NCBI GenBank assembly: GCA_010356995.1
Contig: ML996697.1
Location: 306,153 to 370,152 of the forward strand
DNA: 64,000 bases
Direction of reading: 5' to 3'
From: Trichodelitschia bisporula
Lineage: Eukaryota
The notes under the pieces were generated by a model that made no database searches, was not told the DNA's origin, and saw nothing but the letters and a program-made list of their open reading frames with translations. This document shows, piece by piece, positions 37,112-50,192 of the stretch. Both the position numbers and the translations under genes were made by a program. Position 1 is the first letter of the stretch. Each line of letters starts with the position of its first letter.

Positions 37112-38294
37112 ATGACGGCGAAGAGAGCGCACAAGAAGAGCCGGAACGGCTGCGCCGTGTGTCGGCAGCGCAGAGTCAAGGTACGCTCTTCCCACGCCCC
37201 GCAACCCCGCGCTTACAACGCAGTGCGACGAGATTTACCCCGCCTGCGGGCCGTGCATGAAACACGCCGTCCGCTGCAACTACGACCGGACAACGAAGAC
37301 CGCCGCTCAGCGCAACCCGCCCCCCCGCAAAGCAGTCTACACGCTGAAGCCGCCGCCGCCGGCCTTCGGCCAGCCCACCACGCGCATGATCGACCTGCAA
37401 CTCATGAACCACTACGTCTACCTGCATCTCGGCTCCGACGCGCCGTACGAGCGCTTCCGGCGCATGTGGGCCTTCGATGTGGTGCAACTGTCGCTCGGGT
37501 GCGAGTTCCTGATGCAATCACTGCTGTCGACCGCGGCGCTGGATTTGCACATCCGTCGCCCGGAGGATAAGCGCATGGGCCTGGTTGCGCATCAGTATTT
37601 CGACGAGGCCCTCCGGTTGGCGACGCGGGAGCTTCCCGGGATCGGCCCGCATAATGCGGAGCCGATTTTTGCGGCGACGACGCAGATACAGCGGCAGGTG
37701 TTCCAGAGCTGGAAGGACCCGTGCTGCGCGACGGATGTGTATCGCCCGCCTGTGACGTGGCTGGCGGCGCGGCGGGGCGTGAGCATGATCCTCGAGGAGG
37801 CGGCGCTGTATCTGCGGGAATCGTGCATGAAGCCTTTGCTCGAGGTGGCTGCGAATTTGACACTTGGGGATGAGAGTCCGGTGTTCTCGCCCGATGCGCT
37901 GGCGGCGGTGGCCTACACGGAGGAGTTTGCTGCGTTTGGCGCCTACCTCGAGCAGGACGAGGGGAAGGGCGCGTTTATCGTCAAGCATACCTTCGACCAG
38001 CTGCAACAGCTGATGATCGCGCATCGGGGCCAGCCCAAGGAGCCGCGGAACCAGATTCGGCGATGGCTGCTCACGTTTCCGACGGCACTGGAGAAGGCAT
38101 TCATAGAGATGCTCAAGGAGGAGGACCCGAGGGCCATGATTACGTTTTCTTACTACTTTGCCATCATGCAGACGGCGCCGGATCTCTGGTGGTTCAAGGA
38201 GCGGTCGCAGTACGAGATCAGGGGCGTATACAGCATCTTGCCGGAGCCGTGGAAGCGGTATTTGGAATGGCCGATGGCTGTTTCGCAGGGATGA
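37112..38294 (+). CDS. Zn(II)2Cys6 transcription factor (Upc2-like subfamily); intron 37181-37223
   Basis: HKKSRNGCAVCRQRRVK|CDEIYPACGPCMKHAVRCNY; DLQLMNHY; W..YLEWP terminus. Confidence 0.9.
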
Positions 38295-38539
38295 GCTGGC
38301 CTCGTTCTCACATTTGCGTCTTGGGCGGTGGACGTGCAAAGGCGACGGCGAACTGGACTGGCTGGGATTGGTTCATTAGAGCGGGCTGGCGTTGGAGATT
38401 TGGGAGGCGATATGGAAGTCGGGCTGGCGCCAGGGGAATATCAGATTGTATTTGGCTGTGAATAGTCTTTGTTCGGTGACGTTGTGCTGCGAAGCTCCAC
38501 GCCTAAGTAATCTATCCCTTGAAGCTCAACCCGTTGCTA

Positions 38540-39111
38540 CTAGGCTGTTGCACAGTCTTCGCACGCAACATTCTCAGCCTTGGCCTTCTCCGTCTCCGGC
38601 TCTGCCTTCACTTCCTTCTTGGGGTGTGAGTCCGTGTGACCAAGATGACGGTCCGGCTGCAAGTGGTCTCGAATGCGCTGCTTCAGCACCTTAGTATCTG
38701 CGGGAAGGTAAGTACATCAACAGCATATTGCCTCCCCGCGTACCTGGAAATCTGCGCTCCACTTTCTGGTCCCAGATAGAAACATGCTGCGTCTCAATCT
38801 GAGCGTCCGCCGCATCTTTTTGCTCGGGAACGTACGCCTGGCTATGTAAGCCATGAACCTGACTATTCATACTGTGGTCTCAATTTACGCACCAAGTTTA
38901 TGGTGAATATGCCGCCGGTTCCCGGGATGAGCGCCACTTCACCGACGACGGTGGAGAAGGTTGTGAGTAGCTCTTGCGCGAACTGCGTCATTGAGCATGG
39001 ATTTACCACATAGGACATACATACATATGCGGCCCGTAGCATGAAGCCGCATTTTGTGCAGTAGGTAATGGCTACTCGGGGGAGCTTTGTGTCAGAGGTT
39101 GTGGTTGCCAT
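38540..39111 (-). CDS. Rdx-family (SelW/SelT-like) thioredoxin-fold protein; 3 introns
   Basis: LPRVAITYCTKCGFMLRAAY|FAQELLTTF..GEVALIPGTGGIF...IWDQKVERRFP|DTKVLKQRIRDHLQPDRHLGHTD. Confidence 0.9.
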
Positions 39112-39234
39112 TGCTATGGTGCTGAACTGCGATGCCGGCAGGGCTTTCTGTGACATCACATACAGTATATACTAATCCGCAATTTAACTTACCGTAGAGT
39201 ACAAATAAGTTATAATTCTCTTCATCAATTCTAA

Positions 39235-39316
39235 GGCAAGATGGCCGAGCGGTCTAAGGCGCTAGCTTCAGGTGCTAGTGTGGAAACACGCGTGGGTTCG
39301 AATCCCACTCTTGTCA
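39235..39316 (+). tRNA. tRNA-Leu(CAG)
   Basis: Cloverleaf; anticodon stem CTAGC/GCTAG with loop TTCAGGT; long variable arm; GGTTCGAATCC; downstream T-run. Confidence 0.97.
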
Positions 39317-42121
39317 ACACTTTTTTGCATCTCGTCCAGGTCAGGATGAGTGATGAATTCGGTTGCATCAGGGTCCCTTTTTCACGTTGTAGCTGCAGTG
39401 CAAAGCGATGCATGGTAAACATGAGCTGTACTTGCAGTTTACGAGACGATGCCGGCAAATCATGAATCAATAAATATGGGGTCAAAAGTTCAATTCATTC
39501 ATTTACAAGATCTCTGATGCGACCTCGAGCTTTTGCGCTCCACAACCCTCGCTCCACAAATATACCGGTTAGAGCTATTAGCACTACCTTGCTCAGTTGT
39601 CTGTTACAGTGATATTCGCACCACTTGGAGACAAGGGAAATATAGAAGCTAATGAATGATACCCAGAGGAAGAGGGATATGCGGCGTTGAGGTTGTGCTC
39701 CCCACAACCTTCCACCCAATACGCCAACCGGCGCCATTAACACTGTGTTTCTCAGACGTTCTACGTATATGACATACGTGCCGGCGGTGACAGGTTTGCT
39801 TGTCATAGGGACCTTAAGGGCGAAGCGTTTGCTCAGGTGCCCTACCTCTCGAATCTCAACCTCCCCTCCGCAGATAGGAGGCGATTGAAGGCCTCTCTCC
39901 AGGGTGGCATTGCACAGGTCCTGCCTCAAATACGGCTCCTGTCCATGTGAGTCCAAATTCTATCGCAGAAAGGGGACTTAGTATACCAGTTGCCCGCACC
40001 GGTCCATGAACTCCATCTCCGCATCCCATTTATCGAACAACAAACTGCACTTCACATCCTTCCATGCGCGATACGTAGGCGCAAGACTGGCACAGGCGAG
40101 AATCAACGCCGTGATACTTACAGCGCACATAAGAGTGTTGGATGAGAAGAGAAGTCTCCATCTCAACTTAAGGCGTGGTGGGGAGGCCGGGACGGTTAGC
40201 GGAGTCGCCTGAGTGCGGAGGGGCAGTTAACGGCGAGGACGTGGGGCGTGACTCTTGGATGCAAAGAAGGCCTTCAATCGCAGCTTTAGGTGCGGTCGGA
40301 AGGTCGGGGGGGCTGGCAGGGCCACTCGAGCGCGGTGGGACCGTGGAGGGTGAGATCGTGGAGTGTGCTGGAATTGGACGGGCATTGGAATGGGATGAGA
40401 GGTATCCGCCGCGCGGGGAGGTCAATATCGTGAAGCCAACGCGGAGAACTCTTTGTTGTTTGAGGGTCCATGACGTGGGACCACTCCGCCGCAAAGAATG
40501 CCGTCCGCAGTGGTGGCTTGCTGGGGGCGCACTGGAAGTCGGAAAATCTGCCTTGCGCGAGGCTGAGAAAGTTGTAGCCGCAGCTACCGGCGACTTTGCC
40601 GGAGTAACCGGTTACAACTTTTCCTGAAAGTCTCCATACCCAAAGCAGCCAGAGTTGAAAATATACCTTGCGTGAGGCTGAACAAGTTGTTGCTGCAACG
40701 ACCAGCGACTTTGCCCAAGTGGCGAGCATGAATTTCATCGAATCGGCCATCTTTATAGTGATTTATGACGACCTTGAACTTCCACCTGATTGGAGGGCTG
40801 CTAACGTTAGCTAGGTCGACGTAAGTAGAGCTCTTTTCGACTTGAACCTGATAGCTTTTGATGTAGACACGGGGGAGGAGCATTGGTATTTGCTGGCAGA
40901 AGCATACTTACCTGGGGAAGTGGCAGAGGGGAAGACTGGAAGGAACCCTGGAAGAATACGTGGCGAGCAGTATATCAAGACGGTGGGCTCACCTTTCTCT
41001 TGTTCTTCATCTTTGTGTTCACTTTCAATCATGCATCGTTGTTTTGCACATGTGTTGTGGTGACACTCCCATTAGTCTTTTGTACCGTGCGTATGCAATC
41101 AGCGCCACCGCATCGCGTCTCTATCGACCGCCTTGGAACGGCTCAAAGTACCACTTTGACAGAAAGAAAATTCTCATTGTACCCCAATGAACAAGGCCGA
41201 CACCTATGAACGTCGTCGGTGATGGCCGGAGAGCATCAGTCCAGAATATGCAAGTACCCACGGAAACACGTTCTTCCGCCTCGACGATAACACCACTGCC
41301 AACCTCACCACTGCCGATTTCACCATTGCCACTCTCCTAGATGATGAACGAATACGGCGTCGCATCAGAGCGCTCTCCTGGTCTCCGAAACAACTTACCG
41401 GTCCATTACAACCACAGAACACCGCGCTCCCCGCCCCCACATTCCGCGGAACAAGCTCAATTTGCCAAGTACCCGCACCATAACCACATATAGTACCCAC
41501 CATCCAGCATAAACAACCCCAGCCAATTCCACCCGAATTCTCGAAGCCCCCCCTCTCAACATCCTATCGCCCAATTTCCAACCCGGTGCACCCGTCGGCA
41601 GTCCAGCCGGGCTACAAGCCATGCCACCGTGTGCCACCCGCCGAGATTATCGACCACGATGTTCGCATTCTTATCCGCAGATCTGGGGTCAAATGGAATC
41701 ACCCCGCGCCGCCCCGTGTGATCGTGCTAATCATGCCGTGGGGTCGATCCCAGGCGCGACCTTCCCCGCCGATTGTTGAGCTCTGCCTTGCGGCAGGGCA
41801 GCGTCACGCACTGCGTGCCCGTGGACGCCCGCCACACCTGACCGAAGTGATATATACGCGGCACTGCCTTCCGTGGTCCGAGGAGTAGCCCGCCAGTCCC
41901 CATGCGGCCAAGCGGCCGCCGGCAGGAGCAGCCGCGTGGCGACCGGACCCAGGCCGCAATCAATGACCCCAAAAGTTCCAGCATGTATCTGGTCCGTGGA
42001 AGATAGGGATATTGCAAGATGCTAGGCTAGCGGGGTGTATTACATCGACGGGCAGGTATAAGGTCGCTTGAGCGGACTGCACTGTCTCGTCGCTACCCAC
42101 GCCTTCCGCTCTTTACACACC

Positions 42122-43646
42122 ATGAAGTCACTCCCTCTCCTCGCGGCCCTGCTGGCTGCCGCTGGCGCGGCTGTCATTCCTGAAGACCTTGAGAAGCGCC
42201 AGCTTGGCGGCCTAATCTCGCTGTTCACGGGCCCGGCGAAGAAGCCAACGGTGCTGAAGACTCTCACTCCCGCATACGACCCCAAGGCCACGCGCGCAAT
42301 GTACATGTACGGGCCCTTCAAGCTGCCCGCTGCCAACGTATTTCCCCTCCCCTCTCAAAAAGAGCCCCCCCACCCTAACCCACGCAGGCCAAACACGCAG
42401 CCACAGGCTTCAGCAGCAGCGGCATCAAACTCGACCCTAACAGTGACACGCCCGGCGGCGCCATCGAGCCGCCCTGCAAGGGCTGCACCGTGCTCAAGGC
42501 CGTCGCCAACTTCGCCTACAAGGACGGAAAGCAGGCTGACATTGCCAACGGCGTGTATACGCATCACATCATTATCGCCGACTTTGCGGGGAAGAGCCAG
42601 CTCATGCCGCCGGTTAACCCGCCCCGCTGCGCTAATGGCGCCGTCATCTCGCCTATCCCGCCTATGTCCGGCATGGGTCCGAAGCCGCCTGGTGCGGCGG
42701 AGGCGCCTGCGGGTGGCATGGCGGGGATGAGCCATGGGGGTGCGGCACCGGCACCGGCTGCCGGGATGGCGGGGATGAGCCATGGAGGTGCAGCGCCGGC
42801 GACGACTGGTGGGATGGCTGGCATGGGCCATAGCCACTCGAAGCGTCAGCTTGGGCTGTCGGTGTTTATCGGCGGGGGCGGGTCGGTCGGTAGCGGGAAC
42901 CCGTTCTCACCTAGGCCGGGGAGCAACATCCGCAGCGGTTACTGGATCGGCACCTCGGGCAACATGCAGCTGACATCGGAGCTTGTGAACTACGATAACA
43001 GCGAGAAGGAAATCTACCTCACGCTTGACGTGGAGTGGGTGCCAGGGAAGGATCCTGCCATGCTGGATGTGGGCATGGGTGCGCTGAGCGCGGACCGGTG
43101 CGAGGATAAGGAGAAGGGCATCCTGCACCCGCCGAAGGACAAGGCCATTGTTTATAAGGGTGAGGAGTGGACAGTGATTGACGATGGGTACTTCATGAAC
43201 TTCACGCCGCACATCCACGACGGCGGCGTGAACATCAAGGTCTTCGTCAACGGGAAGGAGGTGTGCGAAGCCCGGGCCGAATACGGCGACGAGGGCGGCA
43301 GTACCAAGGCGCCCGACGGCAAGAGCTGGCAGACCATCACGGGGTACACGCCGTGTGATACGCCTGTTCCTATCAAGAAGGGCGACAAGGTGTACATGAC
43401 GTCCGAGTACGACCTGACGAAGCACCGCTTGTGAGTTTCCCCCCCGCGTGACGGCTGGGATGTTGCTGACTGAACAGGCGCCCGGATAACGCGCACGCGG
43501 ATGGTGAGGCTGAGGGCATGGCGCTCGCGAACTTCATCTTTGCGAAGCCGTTCCCTGCTGCGCCGGCACCGAAGGCTGCGAAGGGGACTGCGAAGGGGAC
43601 TGCGAAGGGTGCGGCGCCGAAGGGGAAGGGTGCATTTGGGTTCTGA
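42122..43646 (+). CDS. Secreted protein with PHM/PNGase-F-like (copper type II monooxygenase-like) motifs; introns 42338-42387 and 43431-43477
   Basis: Signal peptide, EKR pro-site, GVYTHHII, PHIHDGG, late EGM, paired Cys, Met/His-rich repeats. Confidence 0.8.
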
Positions 43647-45651
43647 GGTTCTGTAGACATTAGCGAGTGACGATATCGTAGCATTTGAGCCATATCTGTC
43701 CGTTGCGTCGGAGTGGGTGCATCCTGAGGCCCGCCCGGTCAACCAGTAACAGAAAGAATGTCACCCAGAGGCCCGTCGAGCGGTCCAGCCTTGACGAGAG
43801 GTGTCGAAGTCGGAACTGGAATCTCATGGACGGCGGAGAACTCTCCATCGCAGTCTCCGCCTCGCAGTGAACCCGCCCCATGCGGATCGCAGCCCGTCAT
43901 AGCCTATCCTTATGAGAGCCGCAACCTTCTTCCGGCACTCTCAGCGCAATCCCAGCGCCTGCCCCCACATCGCACGTGAACTCTTGCAGCTTCTGGCGCC
44001 ACCTTCCCCAGAGCCATCTCCAGCGAATGACATGCCCACGTTGTGTGATTCGAGCCAGAGGCTCGGCGCCTAACCAACTCTATCCAGATGCGTGAGAAAA
44101 ATGACGATGTTACAAGTGTGAGAGACGGTGGGGTTAGACGCATGATTATAGACTCCAGAGCGTTGTGCTGGCGGGTCAAGCCATATCAAATTTGCTGCCG
44201 GTGAAATTTTCATAGCGTCTCCGTGTGCGGTTGCAATGCATACGAGGCGGAGATATCCGTTTTAAGTAGCTTTCCGTACCTTGCAGAGGACGTGGATATG
44301 CTCTTTACTGAGGAGAAGGCGAGTCTTGGCTATACTTTAAATAAGGCGAGGACCCCTGCCGTTTGATGTCCAAGTGGATATGGGAGGTTCGATTCGGAGG
44401 TGCTTGTCTGCTTAGGCCAGCGGAAGAATCTCCTAATTTGTGGAGCCCACGATTTGCCGAAGACATCGCCCGTGAAGGTGATGACCTGCAACAGGTGTGC
44501 TGATAAGCCGTTTCGCTCGATGGTTGAAGCTTCGGTCGGTGGAGTTAATGTATGGGCGAGTCCCCGGCTGGTGACATCTCGGGGCTGTGATACAAGCGCA
44601 GCCGAGCGCCACAGCGGTCTGGTCGCCGGGTTCCCTCCTCCAGGGTCCGGGATGCGGGACATCGCAGTAGTACAGGATGAAAGTATTAGGATCTTAATGC
44701 CATAGTCATCGATATTGGCTGTGAATGGTTGTCAACAACGGAATAACCGTGATTGTTGGTGCTGAAGATCCGGCGCATCATGTACGCAAGCTGTCAGGTA
44801 AGGCTGAAAGCGATGATGCTGATGATGTGAATGATGCAAGTGACATATGGCGTCCCCAGCCGATCGCGATCACCGTCCAACGTCGAACGTCCTCTTCACT
44901 ACTCCACCTCATCATCAGTTGCCGCAATAATGAAGGGAGTCGAAGGTTCAGATGAGGGAATCCACGGCAAGCTCGAGTGCTTCCTCTTCGTTGGGGCCTC
45001 ATTCTTGACGGCTGACGAAAAGGCTTTCCTGCTCCGGTTCGTCTTCGTGCATGTGCATGGCTAGCGTTGGTGGGCGACAGGGAGCCATTGGCCAATTCCC
45101 GAAGACCTTTGCTTCCCTCCTCCATCTACGGAGTATTATTCACACCCAACGCCGTAAGGTCATCCGGTACTCGACGCCGGCTCTGTCTGTCGCTTCTCAC
45201 ATTGTCTTTCCTTCCTCCCGTTAGCCCGTGACATGAAGGGCGTGTATGCCGATGGAGAGGTCATCTTACCGTATCCTACCTCACTCCCCCCTCACTCCCC
45301 CCTCACTCCCTCCTCACTCCCCCCATTCCCCCCATCTCCTCTTCCTTTAGACAAGGGAAGATTATTACCCACGGTTGAGATGCTTGCAAGGTTGCCGCTG
45401 CATCCGCAGTGAACTCCTGCACGGCCACCATCCACACACCCCATCTTCAAGCGAGAAAAGCCAAGCGAACAAGGCAAAGAAACCCCCACTCTTGGCATAT
45501 TTCCTTCCCTCCGGCTCCCTCCCCTCCGCCCCGTCCTCTGATTTGCCCGGTGCCGGCCACTCCACTTTCTCCCCACGCTGCTCTGCCCTCCCCCAGAGTT
45601 TACTTCCCCAGAACGCCTCTCACTTGTCCAGCAACAACCACACCCCATATC

Positions 45652-45879
45652 ATGGAGTCGGCCCCAGAGGCTTCTTGGTCGCAAGCCGAGCAGTTCGAGA
45701 ACGTGCCCGGTCTGGGAGAGCCGGATTTCTCGCTCGTTGACTTGGACCTTGAGCCTTTCGACTTCCTCAACTATGATGGGAACGCCGATAACGCTGCGAA
45801 GCTGCCCGGCGGCATCGATCTCCAGTTCCTGCAGACGGCGCAACAACAACAACAACAACAAGAACAACAACAACAGCAG

Positions 45880-45911
<32 letters not shown>

Positions 45912-47848
45912 ACAGCAACAACACGAACAGCAGCGGCAGCAGTTGGAGCGACAGCAACGGGAGGCCCAACGACATGCCGTCAGCCAGGCGCAATATGCCT
46001 CCGCCGAAGCACTGGCGGGGTCGAACCTCTTCGACTTCAACATGCACAATCCATACGACCCCGCCCAAGGGTCACCCTTCGCCATGCCGCACGACGTCCG
46101 CCATATCATCCCGCCGACGCCTAACAGCAGTCAGATGCACGGCGACACGGCGCACTACATGCAGCAGATGGATGCGCACAACCGGGCGCTGATGGAGCAG
46201 CAGTACCAAATGCGCAAGAACCAGGCCGTATGTCGAATCGCCACTGTGCGGCGGTAGCTGACGAGACAGATGAATTTTACCCCTCTGGTGTCGCCTGCCG
46301 TTACCCCGCTCGAGACCACCTACATCCCTCAGGATTTTGCCGTGACGGTAGCGTACTTTAGTCCACTAACATCGCCGGCGCTGGAGGGCCAGAACCAGTA
46401 CCAAAACACTTCGGCCAGTTCCATCGCGACTTCATCACCGGTCGATGTAGATGTCGATATGATCGGTGAAGCCGCACCGCCCCTCCGCAAGACCCGCAAA
46501 CGGCAGGCCACGGCACGGTCAACTGCCAGCACACGGGTAAAGCAGCAGCCCATCCAGAAATCCCACCGCCGGAAAGACTTCTCCATCACTCCTAAGGATG
46601 TTGGGGGTCTTCTCGAGAAAGCGCAACCGCAAATATCGCCTGTTTCGCCGGCCGTGCATCCGCCCAATAGCCAAGCGACTTCTTCAACAGGATCCGTCTC
46701 TCCCGAGCCACTGTCCGACTCTCTCATGGGGCCGCCGCCGAAACCCGCGTCGGCCATGCAGTCTCCCGCCATTCCCGCCAACGTCCAGTCACCGCACTTT
46801 GTCGCCGGCAACCAGGGCATGTCCCCTGCGACACCTGCGTCACTGATGCGCATCCAACCCACACGCGACCAGACCTGGCGGAGCCAACAGAGTCCGCTCG
46901 TCTCGAGCGATCATCTCAGCGGCGCCGATCAAATGCTCGAGGATCTGACGCTTCCGGAGGCCGCGGCGGAGCTGCGGCCGAAGCTCGCACGCAGCAGTGA
47001 CGATCACGGTGACGAGGCAACACCGCGGTTGTCCGCGCGCAAAACGCCGAAACTCGGACCGCTCAGCACGCCTTCAGGCACGCTACAAACCTCCAGCGCG
47101 GCCGCCTCGCCTATCCACGCAGCGAGCCCGGGCCTGGCGCGCAAAGCAGAGCCAAAAGGGCGCGCTAGCAAGAAGCGAGGCAGCGTGTCCGGTGCGCTGG
47201 TGAGTCCAGCGCTGCGACCGAAGATCTCGCCTAATATCAAGCCCCTCCTGCCCGAGGGAGGTAAGTCTCCCCACGTGATTACGTAACGCCGTGCGCCCCC
47301 GTGGGTCGCGGCCTCCAGCCACGCGCTAACATGTTGCAGCGGTTACCGAGGATGCGCACGCGCTGTTTCTCGCCAAGCGCTCCAACTACCAGAACCTGAT
47401 TGAGGGCACGCACTTGCCTGGCGTGTCGTACCCGTCGGATCTGCCGACGCAACTCACGTCCAAGCGCACGTCGCACAAGATTGCCGAGCAGGGCCGGCGC
47501 AATCGCATGAACACGGCGTTGATGGAAATGCTCAGTCTGCTGCCTAGGACGGGTGCTACACCGTCACCGATGGCACTGGCGAAGGATGCGGATGACGAGA
47601 GAGGAAGGCGGGGGAGCGCGGAGGACGGCGGGGCCGGCGGGAAGGGAAGCGGTAATTCGAAGGCAGCGACGGTGGAAAGCGCAATTGAGTACATCCGTGC
47701 TTTGCAGAAGGCGGAGCAGGAGTGGAAGCGCGCACAGGAACAGAAGGACCGCGAGGTGGAAGAGTTGAGGCGGAAGCTAGACGCGCTGGAGAAAAAGGTG
47801 GAGGGCGAGACGAGCGAAGCCGGGAAGCAGAAGGTGGATGATGGCTGA
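45652..47848 (+). CDS. nuc-1: bHLH phosphate-response transcription factor (NUC-1/PalcA/Pho4 family); introns 46228-46269 and 47261-47339
   Basis: FTPLVSPAVTP, YFSPLTSPAL, SPALRPKISPNIKPLLP, SNYQNLIEG, KRTSHKIAEQGRRNRMN, SKAATVESAIEYIRAL. Confidence 0.92.
45841..45921 (+). repeat. CAA/CAG poly-Gln repeat in the bHLH gene
   Basis: Read directly from the sequence. Confidence 0.9.
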
Positions 47849-48810
47849 AGTCGGGGTGGCTGGCAAGCTGTTAAACAGCTTGCAAGATCTCCCCACCCTG
47901 CCAAAAGGCCACTCTTCCGCATCACTCTCTGTTTCCCGCCTAAGCCCCGGCGAGGTCAGCTCGGCTATGAGCTCGTGGCCGACGGTGACGAGGATGCCAA
48001 GGCATATGTCCCTTTTTCTCGCGTTGGACTGTCGTGGGGATTCCCGGTGCATGGCGTTGGCGGCACTATGCTGATGGAGTAATGCCGGTGATACGATAGC
48101 GATGATGCATGCCGCGCGCTCGCTGAGGCGTGAGCTGCTGGTGGGAATATAAAGCAGTGCCTTGATGCACATGCAATGCACGTCTCTGAGTGCTTCATTA
48201 CGACGGCTTTGTGTTCCGACGGACGTGCTCTTCGGGTGATGCCAGTATGGGTTCGGATAGATTCGCCTTGCTGATAATGAGGAAGGATCTGACGGTGGTG
48301 AGTAACTGTATCTTGGGAGAATGTGACTATGGCGATGGCTGGCCAAAACACCGCAGCTCATCTCAGAACACTAGACGGTTACACCATCAGTCAAGGGTGT
48401 GTGGGTGTTAATGGATAGTTAGGGATGTAATGTCGAGGAGCCAAAAGATGGTGGTCATGCGAGCGTGGCTCAAGTCATGTGCAGAGTGAAACCATTGAAG
48501 AAGAGAAAGAAAAGAAGAGAAAGGAGAGTAGTGGGACTGCTTATATCCAGATGCACCGTGTCCTCCAGCGTTCCTTTCATCGTCGCCCGTAGCCACTTCC
48601 CCGGTTTTGGATACTCGCTCCAAGTGTACAACTACTCCTTCCGTAGCTCTACATGAGGAGAAGCGCTTCTGTCGCCACATTATGCCGCCGGTTGGGAAGG
48701 AGCGCCTCTGAAAAATGAAGCAATATTGGGTCCATTGACGTCAGTTCACACTGCACACTCGACTACATAGCATTCAATATGGCCGTTCCAGATCCAAACC
48801 CATCAGAATC

Positions 48811-49813
48811 TCACAGCTTCACTGCAACGCTCTCTCCAGCATGCGCCAATATCCAATTCCCAACATCATTCGCAAAGGTGACTTTGTCCTCGCCCGGTTC
48901 CGCATGTACTACATCGTCAGTCACATCCCGCTGCAGGAGAAATACTCACGCTTGTGATACCACCCATCATACAGCTTCAGCGTGACATCCGCCGCGCTCT
49001 TGCTCAGCCTCTCAACAAGCCTCTCACTGCCTTTATAATCGCACACCAGATCGCCCGTCCCATGCCCAACCCACAATCTCGTCTTCTCCCCCTCCCCCGC
49101 GCCGCCCCCAATCGAAATTTTCCCACTGTCCAGCTCCTCAGCCCGATCCACCATCGCGCCCAACCCCTCCAACGTCCCGATGTTATGGCACAGCGGATCC
49201 GCCTCCCACTCCCGACCAACCTCCGGATCGCGACACATACTTGCCCCGGGGAACTTCCGCTCAATCTGGAAATGCGGCAGTATCTTCCCCGCCAGTTGCC
49301 CTAGCTTCAGCGTGATGAAGCTTGGCTTAGAAGCGGCGGGGAAGGCAATGAAGGGTGACTCGACGAGGTATCCGCGCAGGCCGGCGCGGATGTCTGCCGG
49401 CCCGAGGGCGGCGTAGGTGAGGACTTCGCCGCCGCCCATGGAATGGCCCATTAGGAAGGTTGGGAGAGGAGATGGGGGGAGGGCCTTGATGAATGCGCTT
49501 ATGTCGGCTAGGATGCGTGTGGTGCCCCCGGAGTTGCCTTTGTCACGGGGTGCGTGCACGCTCCGGCCCCAGCCCCGCTGGTCGAAGGAGTAGGTTTGGA
49601 TGCCGCGGCGGGCGAGCGAGGGGAAGAGGTCGTAGTAGGCGTTACAGTGGTCGCTGAAGCCGTGAATGAAGACTAGGATGGCTTTAGGGGTAGAGGCCTG
49701 TGGAGTTAGTTGGTGGGGTGGAGGGAGGATGGCAGGCTTGCCTTCCATGTCTTTGTGTAGAGCTTTGCGCCGGAGATGGTAAACCAGCCTTCTTCAGTTT
49801 GGATATCAGCCAT
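48811..49813 (-). CDS. Alpha/beta hydrolase, monoglyceride lipase (Yju3-like); GC-AG intron 49698-49741, second intron ~48908-48949
   Basis: HGFSDH, DQRGWGRS, nucleophile GHSMGG, HGTGD, GWYHKLHAEP. Confidence 0.92.
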
Positions 49814-50120
49814 GTCGGTGAAGTGATGAATGATGTGGGACTACTCCCTAGATGTGGGAAGAGATGTTCTTGATCTATGAAATGGAGGTTGGTCTAGCTT
49901 CGGGTGTTGGTTCAGCTGAGGCTGAGAGCATGTGAAAGGCGGTTGGGCTCAGCTGCCCCACCCATGCTAGTTTCCCCGCCATGCATAGTGTTGAGATGTC
50001 GTACTGTAGTACAGATTGAGTCTTTTGCTTCAACTTCGCTCCGCCTCAGTTGTCGTCTTTCAAACCGGATTGCAAGAGCTTGTATTTGGACCCTAAGGCT
50101 AGAGCTCCTCTCATCCAATT

Positions 50121-50192
50121 GGCCGTGTGGCGTAATGGCAACGCGTCTGACTACGAATCAGGAGATTGCAGGTTCGACCCCTGCCTCGGTCA
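50121..50192 (+). tRNA. tRNA-Arg(ACG)
   Basis: Cloverleaf; anticodon loop CTACGAA; GGTTCGACCC B-box. Confidence 0.95.

Noticed and set aside
44060..44220. Faint HET-like fragments on the - strand (LIWLD, FFSRIWI)
   Set aside because: Too short and in different frames to support a call
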